Positions 13,096 to 25,013 of a DNA stretch of 64,000 nt are shown here, in pieces. The number at the start of each line of letters is the position of its first letter. Positions within the stretch are counted from its first letter, which is position 1. The position numbers were made by a program, and so were the translations under genes. The DNA lies in NCBI GenBank assembly GCA_036785375.1, contig JAWMAR010000020.1, positions 7,316,001-7,380,000 on the forward strand. The letters are read 5' to 3'. This DNA comes from Leucoraja ocellata. Lineage: Eukaryota. The notes beneath the pieces are model-generated. The model was not told the DNA's origin and ran no database searches. It was given only the letters and a program-made list of their open reading frames with translations.

Positions 13096-13698
13096 CCGAT
13101 TTGGGTTCTAGGCTCCGGAACGACCTCTCAAAATCACCATCACCTCTCTTACCTCTCAGCACTTCGCTCTGATCAAGTTTTCAGCCCCCCCTTCCCCAAT
13201 CCTCTCAGGCTCACTGTCAAACTCTCTGCCCGCAAGGCTGGGCTAGAGCTGGCCATTCTGTTGCAGATGCAGGTCCAAGCCACGAGGAATTGGGTGGGAT
13301 GGAACTGCAGATGCTGGTTTATACCGAAGATAGCCGCAGAGTGCTGGAGTAACTCAACTGGTCAGGCAGCATCTCTGGAGAAAAAGGATGGGTGACATTT
13401 CGGGTCAGAACGTATATCTGAAGGATTCCGACCCAAAACGTCACCCATGATTTTTCTCCAGAGATGCTGCCTGACCCACTAGGTCGCGAGGAATTGGGTT
13501 GGTCTTGCCCTGAACTTATTCATATCCCTCCCTCAGTCCTCAACAAGCCAGTCAGGATTGGATCTAATCTCTAGGCTGAGTAGTAAAGCATGTGGCCTGA
13601 GCTAATTGCCCAAACCCATCATATGGTGCCATTGGTGTTAGCCAGGATTGTGAATGAATGAGAAGGAGGTTTTAGAGTTACACTGGACGGGGCCTAAC

Positions 13699-13824
13699 CA
13701 TGAAGAGCCATCTCCAGGTTCTCAAGAGCAGCGTTCACATCCTCGGATTCTGTACGTCTCCTCCCGCCAATCATCCGTTGTGTGACCGTGTAGTCAACTC
13801 CCTGCATTCCATGCATTGGTGGTC
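13699..13824 (-). CDS. ITGB4: Integrin beta-4 connecting-segment exon
   Basis: ctgcag|...|gttagg, 126 nt, phase 1/1; GPPMHGMQGVDYTVTQRMIGGRRRTESEDVNAALENLEMALH. Little similarity to human; called from position, phase and open frame. Confidence 0.78.
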
Positions 13825-13904
13825 CTGCAGATACAAATATCTGTCAGACATTCTGCAAAGCAGTGCCGGAGCTGCTGTACCTTGAACCTGGCATCACAGG
13901 TTGG

Positions 13905-14610
13905 TCTAAAAAGCTTTTTTGGCACATTGGCCTTCATCAGTCAGAGCATTGTATAGAAGTTGGGAGTTCATGATGCAGTTATATAAGATGTTGGAGAGTA
14001 ACACAGCCGGATAGGCAGCATCTCTGGAGAGAAGACAGGAGTGACGTTTCGGGTCGAGACCTTCGATTTAAAGCAGCACCTGCAATTCTTTCCTACACGT
14101 TTAGAGTACCGTGTTCAGTTCTAGGAACCATTATAGAAAAGATGTTGTCAAGTTGGAAAGGGTACAGAGAAGATTTACGAGGATTTGTCAGGATTCGAGG
14201 GTCTGAGCTAAAGGGAGAGTTTGAACAGGCTGGAACTCTATTCCTTCGTGCAGGAGGAGGGGTGATCTTATAGAGGTCTATAAAATCATGAGAGAAATAG
14301 ATCGGGTAGACGCACTCTGAGTCTCTTGCCCAGAGTAGGGGAATCGAGAACCAGAGGACATAGATTTGAAGTGAAGGGGAAAGGATTTAATAGGAATCTG
14401 AGGGGTAACTTTTTCACTCAAAGCGTGTATGGAATAAGCTGCTAGAGGCAGGGACTGTAGCAATGTTTAAGAAACAATTAGGTACTTGGATAGGACAGGT
14501 TTAGGGGGATATGAGCCAAATGCAGGCAGGTGGGACTAGTGTAGATGGGACATGTTGGTGAGCATGGGCAGGTTGGGCTGAAGGGCCTGTATCCATGCTG
14601 TATGACTATG
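13905..14610 (+). mobile_element. CR1 (HER1-like) LINE 3' fragment with nested Penelope-derived piece
   Basis: Degenerate RT C-terminus; tail gggctgaagggcctgtatccatgctgtatgactatga. Confidence 0.82.
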
Positions 14611-14932
14611 AGCAGTCTGTGCATTTACTGCAAGTACCCAGGAGCAGACGCTGAAGGTGATTATGAATAGGGCTGTAGGCATGGAGTGGGGGGTTATGAA
14701 GGCAAGAACATGGTAGAAAGAGTGGGAGATGGAGATGGAGGGTGGGCAGGGATTGATGAGGGCAGTAGTTGGAACTGTTCAGTGAACTTTTAGAACTTTG
14801 TTGGCGCCAAAACGTGGTGACGCTTGTGTACAGCCTCGGTGAGGTCTGCTCCATGAGTTGTGTAGTAAACAAAGCATTTCACTGCACCCAGGTACGTGTG
14901 ACAATAAAATATCATTGACTCGTTGAACATAC

Positions 14933-15097
14933 CCTGTGCGGACAACCACTGACCCTGCCCTGGCGCCAGGGTCTCCGAGACACCCCCGATGGTCCGTGTG
15001 AACTGCTGGCTGTGAATGCCAGTGTTCTGAGTGATCGTGCCCTGGGTACCTCCGGAAAACGTCGTGTTCGTCTCCCACCTCCCGTTCATCTGCATGT
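14933..15097 (-). CDS. ITGB4: Integrin beta-4 connecting-segment exon
   Basis: 165 nt, phase 1/1, donor gtatgt; DMQMNGRWETNTTFSGGTQGTITQ...QWLSAQ (NGR matches human HLVNGRMD, recalled). Confidence 0.85.
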
Positions 15098-15230
15098 CTG
15101 CGGGAGAGGGGGAAGGAAGGTGTTCAGTCAGTAGAGGCACCCGGTTCACTGGACTAGTCCGCCCTGCTTTACCCAACCACCAGCTGCCTGTCACATTCTC
15201 CATGGCACTACATCCCAACTTATCCACCCT

Positions 15231-15527
15231 TTAGACTTTAGAGATACAGCGCCGAAACAGGCCCTTCGGCCCACCGAGTCCACGCCGACCAGCGATCAGC
15301 CCGTACATTAACACTATCTTACACATTAGGGACAATTTACAATTTTGTCCAAAGCCAATTAACCTACAAACCTGTACGTCTTTGGAGTGTGGGAGGAAAC
15401 CGGAGCGCCCAGAGAAAACCTGCGTGGTCACAGGGAGCATGGACAAACTCCGTACAGACAGCACCCGTAGACAGTATCGAACCCAGGTCTCTGGCGCTGT
15501 AAGTCAGCAACTCTACCGCTGCGCCAC
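15231..15527 (-). mobile_element. V-SINE (HE1-like)
   Basis: Same consensus. Confidence 0.88.
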
Positions 15528-16279
15528 AGCCCCTCCTCACCCTACAATTCAAACTTGCCCCTTGCCCCTTGCCACCCACCCCATCTCTCTCAGCTACTTC
15601 CTATGACTTTTGGCAGATCAACTTCCCTCCTGTATCGTATCGTAGCCAACAACTCATCCCCACCCACTATACCCCACCCAGCCCATTCCAAACCATCCCT
15701 GATCATCTTCACCAGCCCCTCCCCACCCTACAAGTTAAACCTGCTTCTCCCCACCTATCCTATCCCTCCCAAACTTAACCATCTCTTGGCTGTCTCCTAT
15801 CACCCAACCAACCTAATTATCCTTGTCCTCCCAGTGATAATTACACCTGCTGTAGACTCTCCCCACCCAGTGTGTACCAAGCCTGGTCTTCATCATCCAC
15901 ACCCTATCCATTCATTCACCCAGCTCCATCACATCATTTGGCTACTATCGCCATAGCAACCTGGCTTCACCCTCCCACCAACACTCGGGGGGAATGTTTG
16001 TCACGCGACCCATCAATCCCTTTGACAACAGCTTCACCTCACAACGTGAAGGTTAGGAACAACTTAGTGACTACGTATAAGGCCGCGTCGTTAATGATGG
16101 CTGATGTAAGGAAAGCAGATGCAGCAGGAGCTAAATAGGCATTGGGGACTTTATGGAGAGAATTAACCAACAGAAAAGCAGCCAGGACTCCAGTGTCGGC
16201 TGTGTCAGCTCTCAGCTCTCAGCTGTGGCCGAATGCACAAAGGTGGATGTTAGACAGGCATGCAAAAAGTGTAAAGTTT

Positions 16280-16890
16280 AAAAAAACTCAATGTCAGAAC
16301 AACTCTTAAAAGTATGTGCATAGCAATCTGTGGGGTGAATTTGTGGAATGGTCTGGAACAGGAGATAAAACTTAGCACAAATATAATTCAGTTTAAAAAG
16401 TACAAAAACACTTTTTAAAAAGGATATTGGGATGAGGATAGGTGATTGTGAGTGGGATATTTGTTATACTGATTGTATTGGGAAGGGTGATTATAGGGTG
16501 ATGGGTTGTATATATGACTAAGATACTGTATAGTATATGAGGGTTGTTTCTTTTATTTTTTATTTTTTTCTCTCTTTTTTGTATGGCTTTGTAAATATTT
16601 GATTAGTGTATAAATGATTATAAATGATTTGGTGTACATATAGCTGCTGGTGTACATATGCTGTACATATAGCTGCTAAATTTGTATAAGATAATTATAA
16701 GCAGTTGAATAAGGGGTAGGAATTAATAAGCTTTGGTTTCTTCCTGCTCCTTTTCAGACACATACGATTTCATTTATTTATAGATATTGTCTATGACACT
16801 TTATAAATATTCTTGTTTTATTTTTTGTATGTTGTTTCACACTTGCTTTTTATTCTTTAATTCTGTTCCAAATAAAGAATTAAATGAAAT
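16280..16890 (+). mobile_element. AT-rich LINE 3' end (L2/Crack-like), inserted in an ancient CR1
   Basis: Encodes VRTTLKSMCIAICGVNLWNGLEQEIKLSTNIIQFKK; AT-rich UTR ending tgttccaaataaa. Confidence 0.7.
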
Positions 16891-16897
16891 TTTAAAA

Positions 16898-19335
16898 AGT
16901 CATTGCAACGGGAGATTTTGACTTTGGGAAAGGTTGCCATGAATTCATTCATTTCGAGGCTTGTTCAGGATACTTGTCTGAAACTCTTTGTTCAGCTTGT
17001 ATCCAAGGTGTGCATGCGAGGGGTAATTCAGTGATGGAATCAAGACTGTCCACAATAAACTGGAAAATCTGATAAAAAATGGTTCAACCACAGGAGGGGA
17101 TCTTCAGTTTATAAGGCTGAGGGCAAGTGTTCCAGTTGTCAAAAAGAAATCACAGAGGACTAAAGGCTGAATAATTTACTATAGAACAGAATAACAACCC
17201 GAATCTCTCGAGGAATCAAATATAAGGGCAGGAATGAGACAAAATTAACATTAGCAGACGAGATAAATCGCAGGACTGCAAGGCTTTGAACACTGTGTTT
17301 TAAAATAAAGTGAACAAGGTGTTCTGTCAATAATTTCCCAACATTTATTTGACCCAGCAACTATTGCTTTCCACTGGAAAATCGAGCATATTATAAAAAT
17401 GTTGAGAAGAGCACACTGGCGTATCTTAGACAACTGGTTTGACATCTAAGTTTATCATTATGGATAATATAAGCTGGCAACTTAATCCTCAATGGGTCGT
17501 GAAGAGTGTAGATCAGTGCATTTTACAAAGAGCCAGGGCGGATTTGTAACGAGTATCTCATGCCTCTGAACCAGATTGAATTTCTTGAATAGTTGACTGA
17601 AGGGTTGGGGGGTCTGTGGACTTCCAGAAGTCCTTTGATAAAAGCTTCTGGTAAGATATCTACAGCAGACGTCGACAGGATTAAGTAATGACGTGGAACT
17701 GCAGATGCTGGTTTACCGAAGAAAGACACAAATGTTGGAGTAACTCAGCAGGTCAGGCAGCATCTCTGGAGAACATAGATGGGTGAAGTTTCGGGTTGGG
17801 ACCCTTCTTCAGACTGATTGCACGTGGTTGTGGTGGGGGGGGGGGGGGGGGGGGGGGGGGGAGAAAGCTGGAAGAGAGGAGGGGCAAGACAACATGGCTG
17901 GTAATTGGTGAAATTACCTATTAATAATTATAATGTAATATAATAAAAATACATAATACAATAAAGTAATAATTATGTATTATAAGAAAGGTGGAATAGG
18001 TAACGGATGAAATCTGCCTATCAACCCCCCCTCACCTATGTTCACCTATTACCAGCCACTCTCTGCCCTGCTGCTCCTCTCTCCCAGCTTTCTTACCCGC
18101 AATCAAAGATCCTATAAGATCTTTGCCCGCAATGGCCCTCTGAACCAGTCTGAGAGAGGATCCTGACTAGTATTTGGATTGGATTCAATTTATTGTCATT
18201 GTCTCATAAGAGACAACAAAATGGATTTTTTGTTTTGGATTGGAACGTCAGCTATCTCATGTTCTCCAGAGATGCTGCCTGACCCGCTGAGTTCCTCCAG
18301 CACTTTGCATCTTTCTCTGACGGGTTAAGGGCGTTTTAGTTCCCCCGGTCAGGGAACGGGCTTGAGAGTCAGGGAGGAGAGAGTGAGGTCAACGAGCAGA
18401 GATCGGCTCGACGTGAATACGATCCGTGTTGGAGGAGCATGATTTTATAAGCGAGTTAAGAGGTTAGCCAATGACACAAAGAAAGACCATGCTGTCAAGC
18501 AGTGTGGGTTGCAGCATTAAATTACACATTATATATGAAGTGAATGGACAACACTGTGATAATTGGATTTCAAAAGAAGAAAATATGAGGTCAGGCACGT
18601 GGAGGAAAAATGGAAAGAGCAGGGTATTTTCTAAATGGTGAAAACGCAGAAGCAGTGGTTTTAAAGGCAGGTGCTGCACTCTTACACATCACAGAGGCAG
18701 AAAAAACATCACAAAGGCCAGTGAGTTGTCCAGAAGACTCTGGAGTACAAAGGGTTAAAGATACCATCTGGTGGACAAAGCCCTGGTTAGATCACACCGG
18801 ATACTGCAAGCAGTTTAATTTTGTTTAGAGATGCAGCATGGAAACAGGCCCTTCTGCAGACCGAGCGAGTCCACACCGATCATCGATCGCCCGTCAACAC
18901 TAGTTCTGTTATCCCACTTTCGCGTCCATTTATTACACATTAGGGGCAATTTTCAGAGACCAATTAACCTACAAACCCACACGTCTTTGGGATGTAGGAA
19001 GAAACTGGAGAAAACCCACACAGTCACAGGGAGAACTTGTAAACTCCACACGGACAGCACCCAAGGTCAGGATTGAATCCAGGACTCCAGTGCTAGGAGG
19101 CAACCACTTAACAAACTGTGTTCAGGTCAACACATAAGAAGAATGTAGAGTAGTTTTTCCAAAAGGCCACTGGGATGCAGGAACGGAATTAACAGGAATG
19201 TTGGCAGAAACTAGGATCGCATTCCCTGGACTTTCAGGGCAGGGCAAGGTTTAGTTGACGTTTTCAGTCAGTTAGAGAAACTGACACAATGAACAGAGAA
19301 AAAGTATTTCTAAAGTCTGGGGAGTCCAAGGCTTT
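16898..19335 (+). mobile_element. Ancient fragmented CR1 LINE interrupted by younger repeats
   Basis: Degenerate endonuclease-like (GDFD) and RT-like (LIEFLE, DFQKSFDK) remnants. Confidence 0.55.
18815..19100 (-). mobile_element. V-SINE (HE1-like), diverged
   Basis: Same consensus. Confidence 0.8.
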
Positions 19336-19351
19336 GTTATCTTGTGTATTT

Positions 19352-19658
19352 TAGTTTTTTAGATTTAAAGATACGGCGCAGAACCAGGCCCTTCGGCCCA
19401 CGAAGTCCATGCCAACCAGTGTTCCCCGTACACTAGCATCATCCTACACATTACGGACAATTTACAATTTTTACCAAAGCTAATTAACCTACAAACCTGT
19501 ACATCTCCGGAGTGTGGGAGGAACCTGGAGCACCCGGAGAAAACCCACGCAGTCAAGGGGAGAACAAACAAACTCTGTACAGACTACAGTTGTCAGGATC
19601 GAACCTGGGTCTCTGGTGCTGCAAGGCAGCAACTTTACTGCTCCACCACTGTGCCACC
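19352..19658 (-). mobile_element. V-SINE (HE1-like)
   Basis: Same consensus. Confidence 0.85.
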
Positions 19659-20525
19659 CCATGTATAAAGGGAATTAGTTCACAGATGAGTTAGGGGTTT
19701 ATTGAATGGATGAACGGGTTTGCAGGGTGAGAAGGTCTGCTCCTCTTCCTCTGCCTGTGGTGTCTCCAAACCTCAGCCTCGTCCAGTTTTATCATCTAAC
19801 ATGGGCAGATCCTTGTGTTTTGAGCGTCCACGTACGCTCTGCTCTGATGTTGAAGGATTGCAGAAGCAGATTTCGTAGACGAGTTGTGTACAGGACATCA
19901 AAAATCAATTGCAGAAACAAAGAACTGTAGATTCTGATTTATACCAAAGATAGACACAAAGTGCAGGAGTAGCTCAGCGGGTCAGGCAGCGTCTCTGAAG
20001 AACAAGGACGCGTGACGTTTTGGATCGGGACTCTTCATGAGGGTAGAATTGGGGCAGGTCCACAGATCCCTGCATTCCTGCATCTTGTGCTTGGCAGCCT
20101 GGAATTGACACCGGTCTCTTAGCAAGCGGAATGGGACTGGCTAGTCTCACTTTTGTTCATAGACGCAGGCCCTTTCTGTCCGATACTCCCTACACCACCC
20201 ACACAGTCCGCAGTTGCCACACCAAGCAGCGAGATGAAATGCAGCAAGCTCACATTGGTTGAGATTGACTCCTGACCCCGTCATGCACAGCATGCTGGCT
20301 GACCCCGAGCCCTGTATGTGCGCTGCACGCCAACTGACCCTTGACCCCGTGCACATGCACAGCACGCTGACTGACCCTTCGCTCTTGCTGCATGCAGCTC
20401 CATCCCCTCAGTGCACCAGTTTGTTCACCAGTGCAGTCGACAGAGACGCGGGTTGCTGAGGCGACTGAAGAAGCTACTCCGAAACGCAAGGATGTTAGAG
20501 AAAGAAGCCGCTGCGAGATCGTCAC

Positions 20526-20729
20526 CTTGACCTTGGTCTGGTCGGGGTGCTGCCCTCCGCCTTGTGTTGTCTGAGTACTCAGGGTCTTCGGAGAGGAGGC
20601 TCTCAATGTCTGATGAAGCATGCGTCAGGGAAGAGCTAGTGGAAAGGCGAGGGATCACTTCCACTGGTAGTTTCCAGCTGACCTTCCTCCCATCGAAACC
20701 TTCACCCAGCACGTTCTTCCATCTGGAGC
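20526..20729 (-). CDS. ITGB4: Integrin beta-4 cassette exon homologous to the human beta4C insertion
   Basis: ctgaaag|GC TCC AGA TGG...CAA G|gtgacg, 204 nt, symmetric phase 1/1; GSRWKNVLGEGFDGRKVSWKLPVEVIPRLSTSSS... Donor position uncertain (in-phase alternative at 20532). Confidence 0.75.
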
Positions 20730-21049
20730 CTTTCAGAACAAGTGAATGACTCGTGTTGGTATTCAATGCATCAGCTGTGCTTGTCCACCCTATCTACAAC
20801 TAATGGGGGGCAGCCCAACAACTGTATAGAATGGTGTGTGTGTGCACACACATTCATCGGCACCTGCTTACTGCCACACCGAATGAGGCCATTTGACCCA
20901 TCGGGTCCATACTCCCTCCCAGCAGAGCAATCCCCACTGGTCCTAGTCCACCTCCTCTCGTTGCCCTGGGTCCATGCAGCTTTACCCTCTGTTGATCATT
21001 TATTCCCAGTTTATTCACCCAGCTACACAATAGAGGCAATATACATCGG

Positions 21050-22520
21050 CTAGGGCAAGCAAATCCTTAGAGCCAACAACCTAAGCACCCGAATGGTATC
21101 CATGATAAATGGCATCAATGGTATTGGGAGTGATCTTGAGGATTTATTGCAGCAGTGGAAGGAGCAGGCGGAGATCAGGACCTTCTTGGGCAACCATCTT
21201 GGATTCTTTGAGGAAGTGACATCTCCTTTGCAAAAGACTGTGATATCATTTTGCACCCAAGACGATAATTTTAGCTTAAAAGGTTGAGGAGATTCAAGGG
21301 AGAAAACCCCAGAAACTGGATAAGAGAATGTTGGAAGTTTGAAGGACGTTTTAGAAGTTCTTGAGTAGGGATGAAGTGTCCATCAAAGATGCCCATGCTC
21401 AGGCTACTGATGTTTCAGATTAACATCGATGATTTATCTTCAATAGCTTGGTACACACTACTCAGCTTTGTAGATATTAGTTTAATTTATTATTGTTACG
21501 TGGACCGAGGTACAGCAAAAAGCTTTTTTTGTAGCGTGCTGTCCAATCAGCGGAAAGACTATACATGATTACAATCAAGCCGTCCACAGTGTAGAGATTC
21601 AGGATAAAGGAAATAGTGTTCGGTGCAAGATAAAGTTCAGTAAAGTCTGGTTAAAGATAGTCCGAGGGTCTCCCCTGAGGTAGATGGTAGGTCAGGGCTT
21701 CTCTCTGGTTGGTGATAGGATGGTTCAGTTGCCTGATTATGGCTGGGAAGAAACTGTCCCTGAATCTGGAGGTGCGCATTTTCACACCTTTGTACCTCTT
21801 GCCTGATGGGAAAAGGGTGAAGTGGGGATGTCAGGGGTGAGACTGGTCCTTGATTATGCTGCTGGCCTTGCCAAGGCAGCGTGAAGTGTATGTGGAGTCA
21901 ATGGAAGGGAACTTGGTTTGCGTGAAGGTCTGGGCTACGTTCACAATTCTCTGAAATTTCTTGCGGTGGAGCCATTCCCCAAACCATGATGTATCTCCGA
22001 TTTGCCTGCCAGCTGCAGCAGGCTTTTGAAGACAGATCCCATGGAGGGTGGGGAAACAGCCAAAGGGGGGGGGGGGGGGGGGGGGGATAGCGGGTAGGGG
22101 ACTGAAAAAGTTCCCAATGGATTTGGGACTCTGAGCCCTAACTGAATATCCAATCACCAAAGCATCATGCAAAACCAAAGTATCAACACAGTCAAGCACA
22201 AATTGGGGTTGAATAGCCCACATGCTGTGCTAGTTCTGGTCAGCAAGTTACACTGCAAGGCTTCAGATTCTGGACGTGATGCACAGCAGTGACAGAGGAC
22301 TAAGCTTTGTTTAGGGAGGGGGGGTTACAAAAGTTTGTGTTTCGCCATTGAAAGAAAGCAGCAGAGAGGAACCTTGAAGGCAGCACTAAACTCCACAGGA
22401 GTAGGAAGTACAAACATCAGAATAACACGCTGCAGGATAAAAACCAAGCTCAAACCAGGAAAACATCCATTTAGAATCGACATCAGGTTCCTATTTAACC
22501 AACGAGGAGCAGCTCTCCAA
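21050..22520 (+). mobile_element. Ancient CR1 LINE remnants interrupted by a Rex-type LINE
   Basis: NHLGFFEEVT, FQINIDDL..LSFVD and FRIDIRFLFNQR remnants of CR1 RT. Confidence 0.6.
21478..21980 (-). mobile_element. Rex1/Babar-type LINE 3' end
   Basis: QRIVNVAQT...SRCLGKASSIIKDQSHP then SRFRDSFFP and the tail tgtacctcggtccacgtaacaataa. Confidence 0.8.
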
Positions 22521-23161
22521 AACACGCGGGTTGGAGATAAAGCTGAATAAACAAGTTCAGAATCAGAGGGTATGTGTTCATATTCACTCAGCACGCTGGG
22601 CACTCCCCTGCACCAGGATAACACTGCTGATTCCCAGAGAAGGGAGTGTGAAGGACAGAAGATAACAACGGCTAGTGTAACACTTTCTCGTGCCTTATCC
22701 AAAAACAATGAATTATCACCATCCAGTGAATGACGAGACCTCTGGCAGATAAATCCAGCCACACAGATTGGAACAGTTTGCAACACAAGTTATTGCTGAT
22801 AGTGCTGGCACTGATGCTACAGTTGTTAGTGATAGCCATGGGAACTATGTTGGCAAGGCCACAGGAGTCATCTCTGCTTTCTAAAAGTATCACGGGATCT
22901 TTCCCATCCATTCAAACCTCCAGCCAAGACTTTTGTTGAACTCATCTGAAAACTCACATCTGTAACGTTTGCAAAGCCCAGCCTCGACTGATCGCGATTG
23001 AGACAAAGATTGTGGGTTGAGGAGATGTTGACACCACCACTTGACTTACTTTCTCTCAGAGAAAGATTGGAGTCACTTCCAAAGGAGGAGATCACACAAT
23101 CTTTATCATTATCCGGCAGTGAAACGCTGCCAGGCGGTGCACAGATCGGAGCAACACAGGA

Positions 23162-23311
23162 CAATAGACAATTGGTGCAGGAGTAGGCCATTCGGCCCTT
23201 CGAGCCAGCACCTCCATTCATTGCTATCATAGCTGATCGTACACATTCAGTACCCAGTTCCTGCCTTCTCACCATATCCCCTGACTCCGCTATCTTTAAG
23301 AGCCCTATCTA
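23162..23311 (-). mobile_element. 150-bp CR1 3' tail insertion
   Basis: tagatagggctcttaaagatagcggagtcaggg...ctattgt on the minus strand. Confidence 0.85.
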
Positions 23312-23834
23312 TGGCAAGGTTCTGAAGGTGGAAGAAAGGGAGTGGGAGAAGTTTGGGTGAAGGACTGTTGCAAGAAGTGAGGCAGGAAAAGCAGGGCTAG
23401 AGACTGGATGGATGGTCAGGGTTGGGAGAGGAGGGTTGGGGGGGGGGGGGGGGGGTGTCAAGGCTCCAGCATTAGAATGCAGTGATAGTTCAGTGTTGAC
23501 AGTCCACCTGCTCAAGTACCTGGAACCATTTTTCATGAAAGCTCTTTCCCACTGCCTCACTCCCCTCCCCTGTGACGAGTGGACTATGCTGTGCTTTTCC
23601 AGCCCACGGAAAACCCAACTCGCAGGGAGCGCAATCCGCACGTTTATGGAGACTTTGGAAAAGCATTGGAACGACTTCCTCACGCAAACAGGAATGGCAG
23701 CGGTCACGGAAGCAGACGGTCTGCAGACTGGGAACTGCTCTGGCATACACAACGTCACTTGATGAAACGACGGGGACACAAGAGATGCTGCAATCTGGAG
23801 CAAACAACAAACAGCTGGAGGACCTCAGCAGGTT

Positions 23835-24090
23835 CATAAGTTCTAGGAGCAGAATTCGGCCGTTTGACCCATCGAGTCAAGAATCTGTCAATCTCCGCAT
23901 TAAAAATATCCATTGACATGGCCTCCACAGCTGTCTGTGGCAATGAATTCCACAGATTCACCACCCTCTGACTAAAACAATTCCTCCTCATCTCCCTTCT
24001 AAAGGTACATCCCTTAATTCTGAGGCTATGGCCTCTGGTCCTAGACTGTGCCACTAGTGGAAACATTCTCTCCACATCCACTCTATGATG
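23835..24090 (-). mobile_element. CR1 3' fragment nested in a Penelope-derived repeat
   Basis: RTRGHSLRIKG...FSQRVVNLWNSLP. Confidence 0.85.
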
Positions 24091-24585
24091 GAGCAGCATC
24101 TATGGGAAGGAGGGGGGGGGGGCTCCCTGATAGTGCTTTTGGAATAACATTGGCCTAGGTGTCTGTGGTATCAATTACTGAAGTGACTCAACTGTGCAAA
24201 CCTCTGGATACAGAGACATAGGCTACCTTAAAACAGGGTTTTAAATCAAATATATATATACACGGAAATTAGTTATGGCCATTGGGAACTTTAATGTATA
24301 TCAAACAATAAAATATAAAATATATAAACTAAAGGAGAACCACTGGCAGAAAAAAAAGAGAAAATGGCTTATTGCTACATTGAGCCTAGAAGGCATGGGT
24401 GATAATAACCAGGGTTTGTCTGTGTAAAGGATACTTGGACCTATAACAGCACCTTGTCAGTTACGGTCACCTGTAGACAAGGTATTGCTGCTGGTGCGGC
24501 TGTGAAACTGTTACAGTGTGTGTGACAGCCAGGCTTAAGCACCAGTGTGAGAGAGTGTGTGAGCTGCCACAGTACAAAGTCCTAC

Positions 24586-24705
24586 CTGTATCGTCAGAGA
24601 CGCTGGGCCTGGGTGATCGCATGACATCCGAGCTGTACATCAGGAAATTCTCGTACTCATCGTGTGCCTCGGCGTCAATGATGGGAATATCTGGGATGAT
24701 AGGAA
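24586..24705 (-). CDS. ITGB4: Integrin beta-4 connecting-segment exon
   Basis: 120 nt, phase 1/1; [40 protein letters not shown]. Confidence 0.96.
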
Positions 24706-24769
24706 CTGTGGAGGACAGAAAGGCAATTGTATGGAGCCCCAACAACGGCACACTCACCGACAACGCCGG

Positions 24770-25013
24770 TCCACCGAGAGCACGCCGGCCCGTGATTATC
24801 CTCTACCCTAGCACTCTCCCACACACTAGGGACAATTTACAATTTTACCAAAGCCAATGAACCTACAAACCTGTACGCTTTTGGAGTGTGAGAGGAAACC
24901 GGAGCACCGGGAGAAAACCCTGAAGGTCACAGGGAGAATGTACAAACTCTGTACAGACAGCACCCGTAGACAGGATCAAACCTGGTCTCTGGTGCTGTAA
25001 GGCAGCAACTCTA
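24770..25013 (-). mobile_element. V-SINE (HE1-like), partial
   Basis: Same consensus. Confidence 0.82.

Noticed and set aside
20270-20390. Short tandem repeat downstream of the beta4C-like exon as coding sequence
   Set aside because: Three degenerate ~37-40-bp units located after the in-frame stop; no splice support.
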